A DNA stretch of 64,000 nucleotides from an uncultured Acidobacteriota bacterium (GTDB lineage: Bacteria > Acidobacteriota > Vicinamibacteria > Vicinamibacterales > UBA2999). Position 1 is the first letter of the stretch. Each line of letters opens with the position of its first letter. The DNA is taken from positions 712,627 to 776,626 of the forward strand of contig CAVRQR010000009.1 of the NCBI GenBank assembly GCA_963723495.1, given 5' to 3'. Both the position numbers and the translations under genes were made by a program. A model generated the notes under the pieces. That model worked only from the letters and a program-made list of their open reading frames with translations. It ran no database searches and was not told the origin of the DNA. This document shows, piece by piece, positions 47,634 to 56,052 of the stretch.

Positions 47634-48248
47634 CTATCGGGCGGCGGGCTTTGAAAGATACGCCTTCGACGCGGCCTCGTCCTTGAGCGGTGTCACCTTG
47701 TCCGGATCGATCCGCACCATCAGGTACGTGATGTGGTCATCGATCTTCGTGAACCAGTGACCCGTTCCCGCGGGAATGACCACGACGTCGCCGGCCTTGA
47801 TGTTGTGCGCCACGCCGTTGCGAATGTCCGACCCGTTGTTGCCGGGGCCGTTGAACTCACGGACAGTGAGCAGCGTTGAAGGACGTCGCTGTCGATTGGT
47901 GATGTCCGGTCCCAGGACGAGTGTCGCCGAGCCGCTGATGATGTGGTAGACCTCGCTGACCAGGTCGTGTTCGGCGACCGAGTCCGGAGCCGGCTTGTCC
48001 AGTTTCGTGCGATGCACCATGCCGATGCCGATGTGCGCCTTGCCGATCTCGATGTCGCGCACCTGCTGGTCCGTCAGCTTTTCAGCAACCGCTTTCTTCG
48101 TGTACGCCTCCAGCTCACTGACCGGGACGTAGTAGCCCGGGCACATGCTGCACGTTGGCTGCGGATCGGTCGGGTTGATCTTGACCTGCGCCGCGATCGA
48201 GGCGACGCAGCATGCGACGCCGGCAAGTCCGAGAAGAATCTGTTTCAT
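47634..48248 (-). CDS. cupin-domain protein, secreted
   Basis: Intact 204-aa ORF with a signal peptide. Cupin core: EHDLVSEVYHIISGSATLVLG..GDVVVIPAGTGHWF. It lies 5 nt downstream of the NHL gene. Confidence 0.6.
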   Translation of the reverse strand: MKQILLGLAGVACCVASIAAQVKINPTDPQPTCSMCPGYYVPVSELEAYTKKAVAEKLTDQQVRDIEIGKAHIGIGMVHRTKLDKPAPDSVAEHDLVSEVYHIISGSATLVLGPDITNRQRRPSTLLTVREFNGPGNNGSDIRNGVAHNIKAGDVVVIPAGTGHWFTKIDDHITYLMVRIDPDKVTPLKDEAASKAYLSKPAAR

Positions 48249-48253
48249 GTTCG

Positions 48254-49459
48254 TTATCGATTCTGGGGCCAGGGCGGGCCCTGTTCTGCTTTCGAGACGG
48301 GGCCGACGCCCTTGTAGATGAAACGCTGCACGCGCGCGCCGGTATAGGTTTCCGCCGTGTAGAGGTTTCCCTTTGAATCGGTATCCAGGTTGTGCACGCC
48401 GAAGAACTGACCCGGCTGGCGGCCGCCGTCACCGAACGACGTGAGCACCTCGAGCGAGCTGCGCAGCAGGATGTTGACCTTCTGGTCCACGCCGTTGGCG
48501 GCGTAGATATACGTCTGCTGCGGATCGCGGGAGAACGTCATGTCCCACACCGATCCGGAGCGATACGTCTTGGGGTCGATGAACGCTTCCTTGACGAAGG
48601 TCCCGTCCTTGCGGAACACCTGGATGCGATCGTTGACGCGATCGCAGACGTAGACCAGCCCGTCGTTCGACACGATGACGCAGTGCACGGTGCTGAACTG
48701 CTTCGAGGGTGGCGCCGACGGGTTGTACGGCGGCATCTTCACGTCGTCCGGCTTGTTGCCGTACGCGCCCCAGTGGCGCTTGTAGGCGCCGGTGTTCGCG
48801 TCGAAGACGATGACGCGGCGATTGCCGTAACCGTCGGAGACGTAGACCTCATTGGCAGCGCGATCGTGAAAGATCTTCGTCGGCTGCCAGAAGTTGGCCG
48901 TGTCGTTGCTGCCGTTGTGCACGCCGTGCTTGCCGATTTGCAGCAGGAACTTTCCGGCGTCCGAGAACTTCAGGACCTGTGTGTCCTTTTGGCCGTTGCC
49001 GGCGATCCAGACGTTGCCGTTGTGGTCGACGGTGATGCCGTGGTTGCTGTCCGGCCACTCGTATCCCGCACCGGGCCCGCCCCAGGACTTCACGAGGTTA
49101 CCGGCCTGGTCGTAGACGAGTACGGGCGGTGCAACCTTGCAGCACTTGCCGATGGGATCTTTGGCGGGCGCACTTCCTTTCGCGCCCGGCTGCACCTCGT
49201 CGTCTACCGCCTCAGCAACCGTGAGATCCGCCGCCTTGAAGTTCGCTTCGACGGTACCCGGGCGATGGATCGTCCACACGCGGTCCTGGGCGTCGATCGA
49301 GAGGCCGATCGTCGAGCCCGTGACCCAGTGATTCGGCAGCGGCTTCGGCCAGAACGGATCGACTTCGAAGATCGGCGCCTGCGCAGCCGGCTTGCCCGAC
49401 TGTGCGTGAAGGGCACCGGCAGCAGCCAGGACCAATCCGATAAATATCGCTCGCTTCAT
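48254..49459 (-). CDS. NHL-repeat beta-propeller protein, secreted; paralogue of 4900..6096
   Basis: Intact 401-aa ORF. Motifs: FEVDPFWPKPLPNHW, YVSDGYGNRRVIVFD, YVCDRVNDRIQVF, GNLYTAETYTGARVQRF. Confidence 0.65.
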   Translation of the reverse strand: MKRAIFIGLVLAAAGALHAQSGKPAAQAPIFEVDPFWPKPLPNHWVTGSTIGLSIDAQDRVWTIHRPGTVEANFKAADLTVAEAVDDEVQPGAKGSAPAKDPIGKCCKVAPPVLVYDQAGNLVKSWGGPGAGYEWPDSNHGITVDHNGNVWIAGNGQKDTQVLKFSDAGKFLLQIGKHGVHNGSNDTANFWQPTKIFHDRAANEVYVSDGYGNRRVIVFDANTGAYKRHWGAYGNKPDDVKMPPYNPSAPPSKQFSTVHCVIVSNDGLVYVCDRVNDRIQVFRKDGTFVKEAFIDPKTYRSGSVWDMTFSRDPQQTYIYAANGVDQKVNILLRSSLEVLTSFGDGGRQPGQFFGVHNLDTDSKGNLYTAETYTGARVQRFIYKGVGPVSKAEQGPPWPQNR

Positions 49460-49479
49460 GGCGTCCTCCCCGTTCAGGA

Positions 49480-49502
49480 TCGACGCCGCGAACTATATCA
49501 CC
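49480..49502 (-). promoter_or_regulatory. 23-nt conserved upstream box (minus strand GGTGATATAGTTCGCGGCGTCGA) before the NHL/cupin operon
   Basis: Identical to 53994..54016. It contains an extended -10-like TGATATAGT, 20 nt before the start codon. Confidence 0.4.
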
Positions 49503-49538
49503 GGCCTTCTGATGGCGCTCGGCTCGAGCCGTGACGGC

Positions 49539-50126
49539 CTACGAAGAACTGGATTCGGGTTCGGGCAGAGCGTCGTGCAGCACGTCGACGACAAGATTTG
49601 CGAGCACGTCGATGATCAGCAAGTCCCGACCGAGGAACCGGTATTCGAGTTCCCCCGGTAATTCAGGCAGTCCCGCCAGCATGGATGGCCACATCACTGG
49701 CCCAGCATTCCACGGGACCGGTTCGGCTACGCATGGCGCCGCCGCAATCACGACTTCGTCCTCGTCGGGCGGCTCGAACGCTGTCGTCACATCGAGCCCC
49801 GTTTTCCGCACGAGCGCGTCAATGCGAGCGCGGAAATATCTCGCCACGGCCGGGGTGAAGACGTCGCCGACACGCGCAACGGGCCTGACCTCGCGCATCG
49901 CGTTGGCGAAACGCCGTTGCTGGCGGAGCATTGGCTCGGCGTCTGGCCACATGAGCGGTGGACCGAGTGACGTGATGACCGTGCGTTGAAGGGCGGCGTA
50001 GTAGTTCACGTAGTCGACGAATTCCGCGGGAACTGTCGGGTCTGTCTGTGTCCTTTCAGCCGCCTGGCCAGGTCCGGTCGTGAGAATGAACAGCAGGAGG
50101 AAGGATGTCTTTCGCAGGGCGGTCAT
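49539..50126 (-). CDS. hypothetical secreted protein
   Basis: ATG 50126 (GGAGG upstream) inside ORF 49539..50267. Signal peptide MTALRKTSFLLLFILTTGPGQA. No family recognised. Confidence 0.4.
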   Translation of the reverse strand: MTALRKTSFLLLFILTTGPGQAAERTQTDPTVPAEFVDYVNYYAALQRTVITSLGPPLMWPDAEPMLRQQRRFANAMREVRPVARVGDVFTPAVARYFRARIDALVRKTGLDVTTAFEPPDEDEVVIAAAPCVAEPVPWNAGPVMWPSMLAGLPELPGELEYRFLGRDLLIIDVLANLVVDVLHDALPEPESSSS

Positions 50127-50329
50127 AACGCCTCCGATTGACAGCTCAGCACGCATCAAGAGTGCCAACGCCGATGGGCCCTGATCGCGCCACCGGATCG
50201 ACATCCAGCCATGCATCGGAGGCGCGCACCGAGGGTTCTTTCGCACAGGCCGCTGGAAATGTCGCACCGGTGTGCGCCGTCTGTTCGCCCGGGACGCTGT
50301 ATCATTCCGGTCGATTTCAGGAGAACACG

Positions 50330-51403
50330 ATGAACCTTCGGAAACAGATGCTCGCGTGCGTTGCCACGCTGTGCCTCATGGCGTGGGTCTCGTCGTTCGA
50401 GACGGCTGCCCAGCAGGGCGCCGGTGCTGAGGGTGCGCAACCAGCGCCTCCCACCGCGCCGCCTGCAGGCGGACGCGGAAACTTCGTCCCCGAACCGGTG
50501 CCGCCGCCGCAGAACTTCGCGACGTCGAAGGAGCATTACGACTTCCTCTATCGCCTGCACAAGGGCGGCACGCGTCATACCTACGAGTCGATCCCGAAAT
50601 GGGAAGGCTTGTGGTCCGCCGCGGGCAACACGTCTTCGTCGCTCTTCGTAAAGGGAGGAACGGGCGGCGCAGGGGTGTCGGGCGAGCTCATTCCCGGCGT
50701 GCTCACGCCCGCGTACGAGGAGGCGTTCAAGAAGCGGCGAGCGCTCGGCGCCGATTACGACCGGTTGACGACGTGTGAGCCCGCAGGCTATCCGCGGTGG
50801 CTGCTCGAGCCCTACGTTCGCGAGTTCGTCAACACGCCATCGCAGTCGTGGTGGCTGAACGATCTCGGCAACGATACGCGCCGCATCTACATCGATCAGG
50901 AGCACAAGAACATCGATGGCACGCATTCACCTGAAGGTGACAGCGTCGGCTTCTGGGTGGATGACATGCTGATCGTTCACACCATTCACATCTATCCCGG
51001 TGACTACTTCCGCGGCCAGCCGCCCACCAGCAATCAGTTCGAGAGCGTCGAGGTCTGGCGCATGATTCCGCTGGCCAACGGTGAGCGACGGATCAGCGTG
51101 AACGTCACCTTCTACGACAAGATCTCCCTGACGCGGCCGGTCACGGCCACCTATACGTTCCGCCGGAACACCGAGCTCGAAGCCGGCGGCTATCGTCTGC
51201 GCCACTGGGAATGCGAGAGCAACGAGAATTCCTTCCTCGTGACCGATGACAAGGGCAATCCCAAGACACAGCTGCGTCTGCCTGGCGATCCCGGATTCGA
51301 TGATGTGCGTGGTGCTGACCCGCGACGGAATCCCGATCTGCCGCCCGACCTGCCCGGGCAGGCCAAGAACCCGATCTTCGACGATGCGGTGAAGGTGAAA
51401 TAG
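50330..51403 (+). CDS. secreted protein of unknown function, 'WEGDTL' family relative (paralogue P5)
   Basis: ATG 50330 (caggag upstream) inside ORF 50138..51403, with a signal peptide. Motifs: TTCEPAGYP, RRIYIDQEH, GDSVGFWVDDMLIVHT, LTRPVTATY, HWECESNEN. It aligns to P1/P2. Confidence 0.55.
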   Translation: MNLRKQMLACVATLCLMAWVSSFETAAQQGAGAEGAQPAPPTAPPAGGRGNFVPEPVPPPQNFATSKEHYDFLYRLHKGGTRHTYESIPKWEGLWSAAGNTSSSLFVKGGTGGAGVSGELIPGVLTPAYEEAFKKRRALGADYDRLTTCEPAGYPRWLLEPYVREFVNTPSQSWWLNDLGNDTRRIYIDQEHKNIDGTHSPEGDSVGFWVDDMLIVHTIHIYPGDYFRGQPPTSNQFESVEVWRMIPLANGERRISVNVTFYDKISLTRPVTATYTFRRNTELEAGGYRLRHWECESNENSFLVTDDKGNPKTQLRLPGDPGFDDVRGADPRRNPDLPPDLPGQAKNPIFDDAVKVK

Positions 51404-51413
51404 GAGAACAACG

Positions 51414-51872
51414 ATGACGAGACCTCGCATGTTGTTGTGTGCCGTACTCACCCTGGCCGCCGCGACGGCGGCCGTCGACGCCCACCACAGCTTCAGCATG
51501 TTCGACAATGGCAGGGAAGAGGTCGTCGTTGGCGACGTCGTGCGCTGGGGATTCAACAGTCCGCACACGCTGATGTACATCAAGGACGCCAAGGGAACGA
51601 CGTGGGGCTTCGAGGGCGCTGCACCACCCGCGCTCGTGGCGCGCAGTCCGAAAATCGACGGGTTCACGTTCAAGCCCGGCGACCGCATCACGATGATTCA
51701 TTGCCCGCTGCGCGACGGACGCTCGGGCGGGGCGATCGGATTCATCGTCACCAAGGACGGCACCTGGTACAACCCCGCTGACGGCGGCTGTCGCGCGAAT
51801 GAAGCGAACTGGAAGAAGTGGCTGGATGCTGGCTTCAGCTCGAAGGCGCAGGCCGAAGCGGGGAAGAAATAG
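51414..51872 (+). CDS. small secreted protein, DUF6152-like
   Basis: Intact 152-aa ORF with GGAG upstream. The signal peptide is followed immediately by HHSFSMFD. Family name is from memory. Confidence 0.5.
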   Translation: MTRPRMLLCAVLTLAAATAAVDAHHSFSMFDNGREEVVVGDVVRWGFNSPHTLMYIKDAKGTTWGFEGAAPPALVARSPKIDGFTFKPGDRITMIHCPLRDGRSGGAIGFIVTKDGTWYNPADGGCRANEANWKKWLDAGFSSKAQAEAGKK

Positions 51873-51917
51873 ACAGGTCAAGGGTCAGCCCCTCTCTCGA
51901 TCGTCGGTGCAGCATCG

Positions 51918-53969
51918 CTAAGGCAACCGAAGTGCGACGAGCGAGCCGGGATACCTCGCGCCCATGATCTGCAGCACGACGTACTGCTTGCCCTCGTGCA
52001 GGTAACCCATCATTCCGTACTGGGCGGGCGCCGGCAGCTTGACGGTGCTCAGACGTTTTCCGGTTGCCTTGTCGACCGCATACAGCAGCGCATCTGTGCC
52101 GCCGGGCGCCGTCATCAGCAACGTCGGCGTCACCATCATAACGGCGTGGCTTTGCTGGCCGGTGTTCGGCAACGTCACCCCTTTGAGAGCGGGATGGTTC
52201 TTGATGTGCTCAGGCGTATCGCCGTTTGGAATCTGCCACAGGTGCTCGCCGGTGTTCATGTCGATCGCGGTGATCGAGCCGTAGGGTGGCTTCCAGATCG
52301 GCAGCCCTTGCGGCCCGCGGAGATCTCCGCGATTGGAGACCACCCATTGCGACAGCGTCTTGCCCGTGGTCTTCGGGTCATTCGGTTTGTCCATCTGGGA
52401 GCCGGGGACAATGTTTTCCGCCCTGCACGCGCGTTCACTGGCGACGTAAACGATGCCCGTCCCGGGATCGGCGACGGTCGGTCCGTAGATGTTGCTCGCT
52501 CCCGAGGGACAACTCACGAACGACCGCAGCCCTGACGGATGCCCCACGTGTATCGGTGGATTGAACAACGGTCCAACCTTGTAGTTCTTGATGATCGTCA
52601 GGGCTTCCTGTCGGAGTTCGGGCGTGAAGTCGATAAGGCGATCCTCGGTAAGTTCCTGGATCTCGAACGCGGCCGGCCTGGTCGGGAACGGCTGCGTGGG
52701 CGACAGTTTCTCCCCGGGCAGATCCGACTGCGCGACAGGACGTTCCACGATCGGCCAGACCGGCTCCCCGGTGACCCGGTTGAAGGTGTATGCGAAACCC
52801 TGTTTCGTGGTCTGAACCAGAATCGGCGTCTGCCGTCCGCTCACGTTCACATTCAGCAGGACCGGTGCCGTCGGGTTGTCGAAGTTCCAGATGTCGTGGT
52901 GAACGGTCTGGAAGTGCCACACACGCTTGCCCGTCCTGACGTCGAGCGCGAGGATGCTGGTCCCGAACAGGTTGTTGCCCGGGCGGAAGCCGCCAAAGAA
53001 ATCGATCGTCGGCGGGTTGGTCGGAATGTACACGAGACCCCGCTCAGGATCGGCGGACATCGGCGCCCACGACGACACGTCCCCCGTGCGCTTCCAGGCA
53101 TCGTTCTCCCACGTGTCGTGACCGAACTCACCTGGCCGCGGGATGACGTGGAACTTCCACAGGTGTTTCCCGCTCCCGGCGTCGTAGGCGAGGATGTCGC
53201 CGGGGATGTTCTCGATGCGTGTCTGGTAGTAGCCCTGCTCGTGCACGTTGCCGACGACCACGACACCGTTCACGACGATGGGCGGCGATGAGGTCGACAG
53301 GTTGCCAAGCTCACGCGGGATCCCCTTTTCCGGGTCGTACTGGAGACCCGATGTGGTCCATGGTTCCCAATCCCTGACGAGATCCGGAAGCAGGTCGATG
53401 ACGCCGCTCCGGGGGAACCCACGTATCGGCACATGACTGCCCCAGTTCTCCAGGTGCTCGCCGGTCTTGGCGTCGATTGCGTGCAGGAAGAAGGCGGGTG
53501 AGGTGTAGTAGATCACGGCCCGGCCGTTCACCTCGCCGTAGGCAACGCCTTTGCCGTAGTTGTTGCGCATGCCGCGCTCGTACCGGGTCGTGTTCGGTTC
53601 ACGGTACGCCCACAGCGTTTCTCCCGTTGCCGGATCGATCGCGGCGACCGTACGGCGCTGCCCTGCAACGGTGTACAGGATTCCGTCGGCGTAGATGGGA
53701 GTCGAACGGAAAACGTAGTCCACGGCGGGGCCGAAATTGTCGCCACGCCAGACCCACGCGACCTGAAGCTTCTCGAAATTGCCGGCGTTGATCTGGTCGA
53801 GCGGCAGATAGCGCGTATGCCCCGCGTCGCCGCCGATGTAGCGCCACTCGCCCTTCGGGACGGCGCCCTGAGCGACGATCGGCGCATGCGTTGCGAGAAT
53901 GCCGAGGGCGGAGGAGAGACCACATGCGAGGCCCGCCAGCCTCGCGGCGCGGAGTGCTCGTGCACGCAT
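51918..53969 (-). CDS. PQQ-dependent dehydrogenase (glucose/quinate/shikimate-type beta-propeller), secreted
   Basis: Intact 683-aa ORF with a signal peptide. Motifs: WRYIGGDAGHTRYLPLDQINAGNFEKLQVAW, TPIYADGILY..AIDPATGETLW, HHDIWNFD. There is no vicinal Cys pair. Confidence 0.7.
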   Translation of the reverse strand: MRARALRAARLAGLACGLSSALGILATHAPIVAQGAVPKGEWRYIGGDAGHTRYLPLDQINAGNFEKLQVAWVWRGDNFGPAVDYVFRSTPIYADGILYTVAGQRRTVAAIDPATGETLWAYREPNTTRYERGMRNNYGKGVAYGEVNGRAVIYYTSPAFFLHAIDAKTGEHLENWGSHVPIRGFPRSGVIDLLPDLVRDWEPWTTSGLQYDPEKGIPRELGNLSTSSPPIVVNGVVVVGNVHEQGYYQTRIENIPGDILAYDAGSGKHLWKFHVIPRPGEFGHDTWENDAWKRTGDVSSWAPMSADPERGLVYIPTNPPTIDFFGGFRPGNNLFGTSILALDVRTGKRVWHFQTVHHDIWNFDNPTAPVLLNVNVSGRQTPILVQTTKQGFAYTFNRVTGEPVWPIVERPVAQSDLPGEKLSPTQPFPTRPAAFEIQELTEDRLIDFTPELRQEALTIIKNYKVGPLFNPPIHVGHPSGLRSFVSCPSGASNIYGPTVADPGTGIVYVASERACRAENIVPGSQMDKPNDPKTTGKTLSQWVVSNRGDLRGPQGLPIWKPPYGSITAIDMNTGEHLWQIPNGDTPEHIKNHPALKGVTLPNTGQQSHAVMMVTPTLLMTAPGGTDALLYAVDKATGKRLSTVKLPAPAQYGMMGYLHEGKQYVVLQIMGARYPGSLVALRLP

Positions 53970-53993
53970 CGTCGCGGCCTCCTTCTGCTACGC

Positions 53994-54016
53994 TCGACGC
54001 CGCGAACTATATCACC
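53994..54016 (-). promoter_or_regulatory. 23-nt conserved upstream box before the PQQ dehydrogenase gene 51918..53969
   Basis: Identical to 49480..49502. Confidence 0.4.
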
Positions 54017-54025
54017 CCATAGATG

Positions 54026-54912
54026 TCAGACCCGCTCTAAGGAGAGCGCATTCAGCCGGCGCGGACCGTGTCTCCACAGGACGGCAAGCACCAGCATCGT
54101 CAGGGTAAGCAAGAGCACCAGCGCCAGATGCATCGCGCGGGCGACCTCAAAGGACGGTCCCACCATCTCGCCATAGAGCCGCAGCGCGAACATGACCTGC
54201 ACGTAGATCAGCGACATGAACGTGAATCGCACACCCAGGCGGCGGTCGTGGAAGCCGAAGAAGTCACTGAACCGGCGATTGACGTTCGCATGAGCGATGA
54301 CGAGCAGGACGGCGGAAAAGAAGACGGGCGCGGCGAATCGAACCCAGAAACCTTGAGTCGAGTAGAGTTCCAGAGCTCCGACAACGACCCACGCAGTCAG
54401 GTGGACACCGATGAGCGCGTAGGTCCCCATCGACAGCCATCGAGGTGAAAAATCGTCGAGCGTGCGCGGCTTGAGAGAGGCGTGTCGGCGTTCCGCGAGC
54501 GGCACGTCTGTCCGCACGCGCCTCGAGGAGACGACAACGACGCCGAGGTAGTAGAGGAGCCCGACGATGAGGAGCAGTGAATGGGTGTCCTTCAGGAGCT
54601 CCCACGGCTGGCTTCCACGCGACGATGTCGACAGGAGCTGGGGCCACGCGCCGAGCTGGGCCGCCAGCAGAACAGGGCGACGCTCAACGCGCCCCACGCG
54701 TAACAGGACCACAGGAACCAGGTGCTGCCGACCATCCAGCGGCCACGCAGGAGCGTCGCAGCCCGCTCGTGGTTGGCTGCCAGCCAGTCGGCGTTGCGAT
54801 CGGTAACCATTTCCAGCGTCATCGCCTGAGCCCAGCCTGCGAAGACGAACCAGTACGACACGATCATCGCAGCGTAGATGGAAACATCAATCCATTCACT
54901 CATCGGCGTCAT
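54026..54912 (-). pseudogene. integral membrane protein of unknown function, one frameshift
   Basis: ORF 54592..54912 (MTPMSEWIDVSIYAAMIVSYWFVFAGW..) continues in ORF 54026..54712 (multiple TM helices). The shift is near 54680. The start overlaps the GntR stop (ATGA). Confidence 0.5.
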
Positions 54913-55295
54913 CCTTTGCGAGCTTCTCCGCTCAGCGCGGTGTTGAAGATGTCGGTGATCTCGCGGCGGCTCATGCCCTCGAGCATCAATGTCTTGATCA
55001 GGCGCCGCATCAGGCGTTCGGCGCGACCGGCCTTGACCTTCTCGATCTCGCGTGCCGCCTCGTAGCGGACGAACGTGCCCTTGCGCCCGGCGGTGAGGAT
55101 CACGCCCTGGTCTTCGAGCAGCTTGTACGCGCGCGCGACGGTGTTGCGATTGAGCCTGAGGTCACCGGCGAGCTGACGCACGGTCGGCAGCGGCGCATCG
55201 GGCTTGAGCTTTCCCGACTTCACCGCGTCGTGTATCTGCCGCACGATCTGCTCGTAGACGGGCTCGGGGGCGTTGACGTGAACCTCAATGTCCAT
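54909..55295 (-). CDS. GntR-family regulator, short YtrA-like type
   Basis: ATG 55295 inside ORF 54909..55331. wHTH: PVYEQIVRQIHDAVKSGKLKPDAPLPTVRQLAGDLRLNRNTVARAYKLLEDQGVILT. The C-terminal domain is short. Confidence 0.75.
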   Translation of the reverse strand: MDIEVHVNAPEPVYEQIVRQIHDAVKSGKLKPDAPLPTVRQLAGDLRLNRNTVARAYKLLEDQGVILTAGRKGTFVRYEAAREIEKVKAGRAERLMRRLIKTLMLEGMSRREITDIFNTALSGEARKG

Positions 55296-55331
55296 TTGTC
55301 CTATAATCACATAGGACAAAATAGGTGTCAA
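55296..55331 (-). promoter_or_regulatory. GntR(YtrA-like) promoter with overlapping 9+9 palindrome; apparently leaderless
   Basis: Minus strand: TTGACA (55331-55326), 17 nt, GATTAT (55308-55303), 7 nt, ATG (55295). The palindrome TTGTCCTAT-aatcac-ATAGGACAA spans 55296-55319. Confidence 0.5.
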
Positions 55332-55344
55332 CCTCGCCTCGCTG

Positions 55345-55371
55345 TTGACCTTTGACGTTTGAGCTTTGACC
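55345..55371. repeat. tandem TTTGAC(C/G) units (single arm of the CTTTGAC word)
   Basis: ttgacctttgacgtttgagctttgacc. Confidence 0.4.
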
Positions 55372-55420
55372 TACGTGGTTCTGTTCTGTAATGTCAGAAC
55401 CCTTTGGAGGAGGCATGGCG

Positions 55421-55978
55421 ATGAAAACCATTTCTGCAGTCGTGACCATCGCACTCGTGCTGCTGGCGGCGCCGGCCCTGGCGCAGACACCTGCGTTGAC
55501 TCCCGGGTGCACCGCCACGCCCGCCCAGCTCGAGGCCAATAAGAAGGTGGCAATGGAGTTCTTCCGTCCGGACGCCGATCGCGTAGCCCTGGCGGATCCG
55601 AGCTACAAGCAGCACAATCCGGCATTCGTGAAGGGCGGGCGTGAAGCCAAGCTCAGTGACTTCGAGTACTTCAAATCGCGATTTGGTGGACCACGCGCCG
55701 GCGGCCCCGGTGGTGGAGCAGCTGGTGGTCGTGGCGCGGCTGAAGGACCTCAGCCTCCCGCGGGGAATCCGCTCGAGATCGTCATGGCCGAGTGCGATCT
55801 CGTGACGATCATCCACAAGAACTTCCGTCAGGATCCCACGGCGGCGCCCGGGAACTTCTACGAAGTCTTCACCTTCGACACCTTCCGCGTTCGCAACGGG
55901 AAGCTCACCGAGCATTGGGATGGAGCGGTGATCAATCCGCCTGCACCAGCTGCGGCACCAGGGGGCCGAGGTAATTAG
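55421..55978 (+). CDS. SnoaL/NTF2-like protein, secreted, with Gly-rich insert
   Basis: ATG 55421 lies 7 nt after GGAGGAGG. A signal peptide is present. Motifs: NKKVAMEFF..YKQHNP, VFTFDTFRVRNGKLTEHWD. Confidence 0.55.
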   Translation: MKTISAVVTIALVLLAAPALAQTPALTPGCTATPAQLEANKKVAMEFFRPDADRVALADPSYKQHNPAFVKGGREAKLSDFEYFKSRFGGPRAGGPGGGAAGGRGAAEGPQPPAGNPLEIVMAECDLVTIIHKNFRQDPTAAPGNFYEVFTFDTFRVRNGKLTEHWDGAVINPPAPAAAPGGRGN

Positions 55979-56006
55979 TGTAATATCCCAAGGCCTTTCT
56001 GGAATA

Positions 56007-56028
56007 TCACACTGACAGGTCAGTGTGA
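56007..56028. promoter_or_regulatory. perfect 10+10 palindrome TCACACTGAC-ag-GTCAGTGTGA upstream of TBDR4
   Basis: Read directly. It lies 25 nt before the TBDR4 start, and no T-tract follows it. Confidence 0.4.
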
Positions 56029-56052
56029 CAACACGAACGGAGATGGAGCTGA

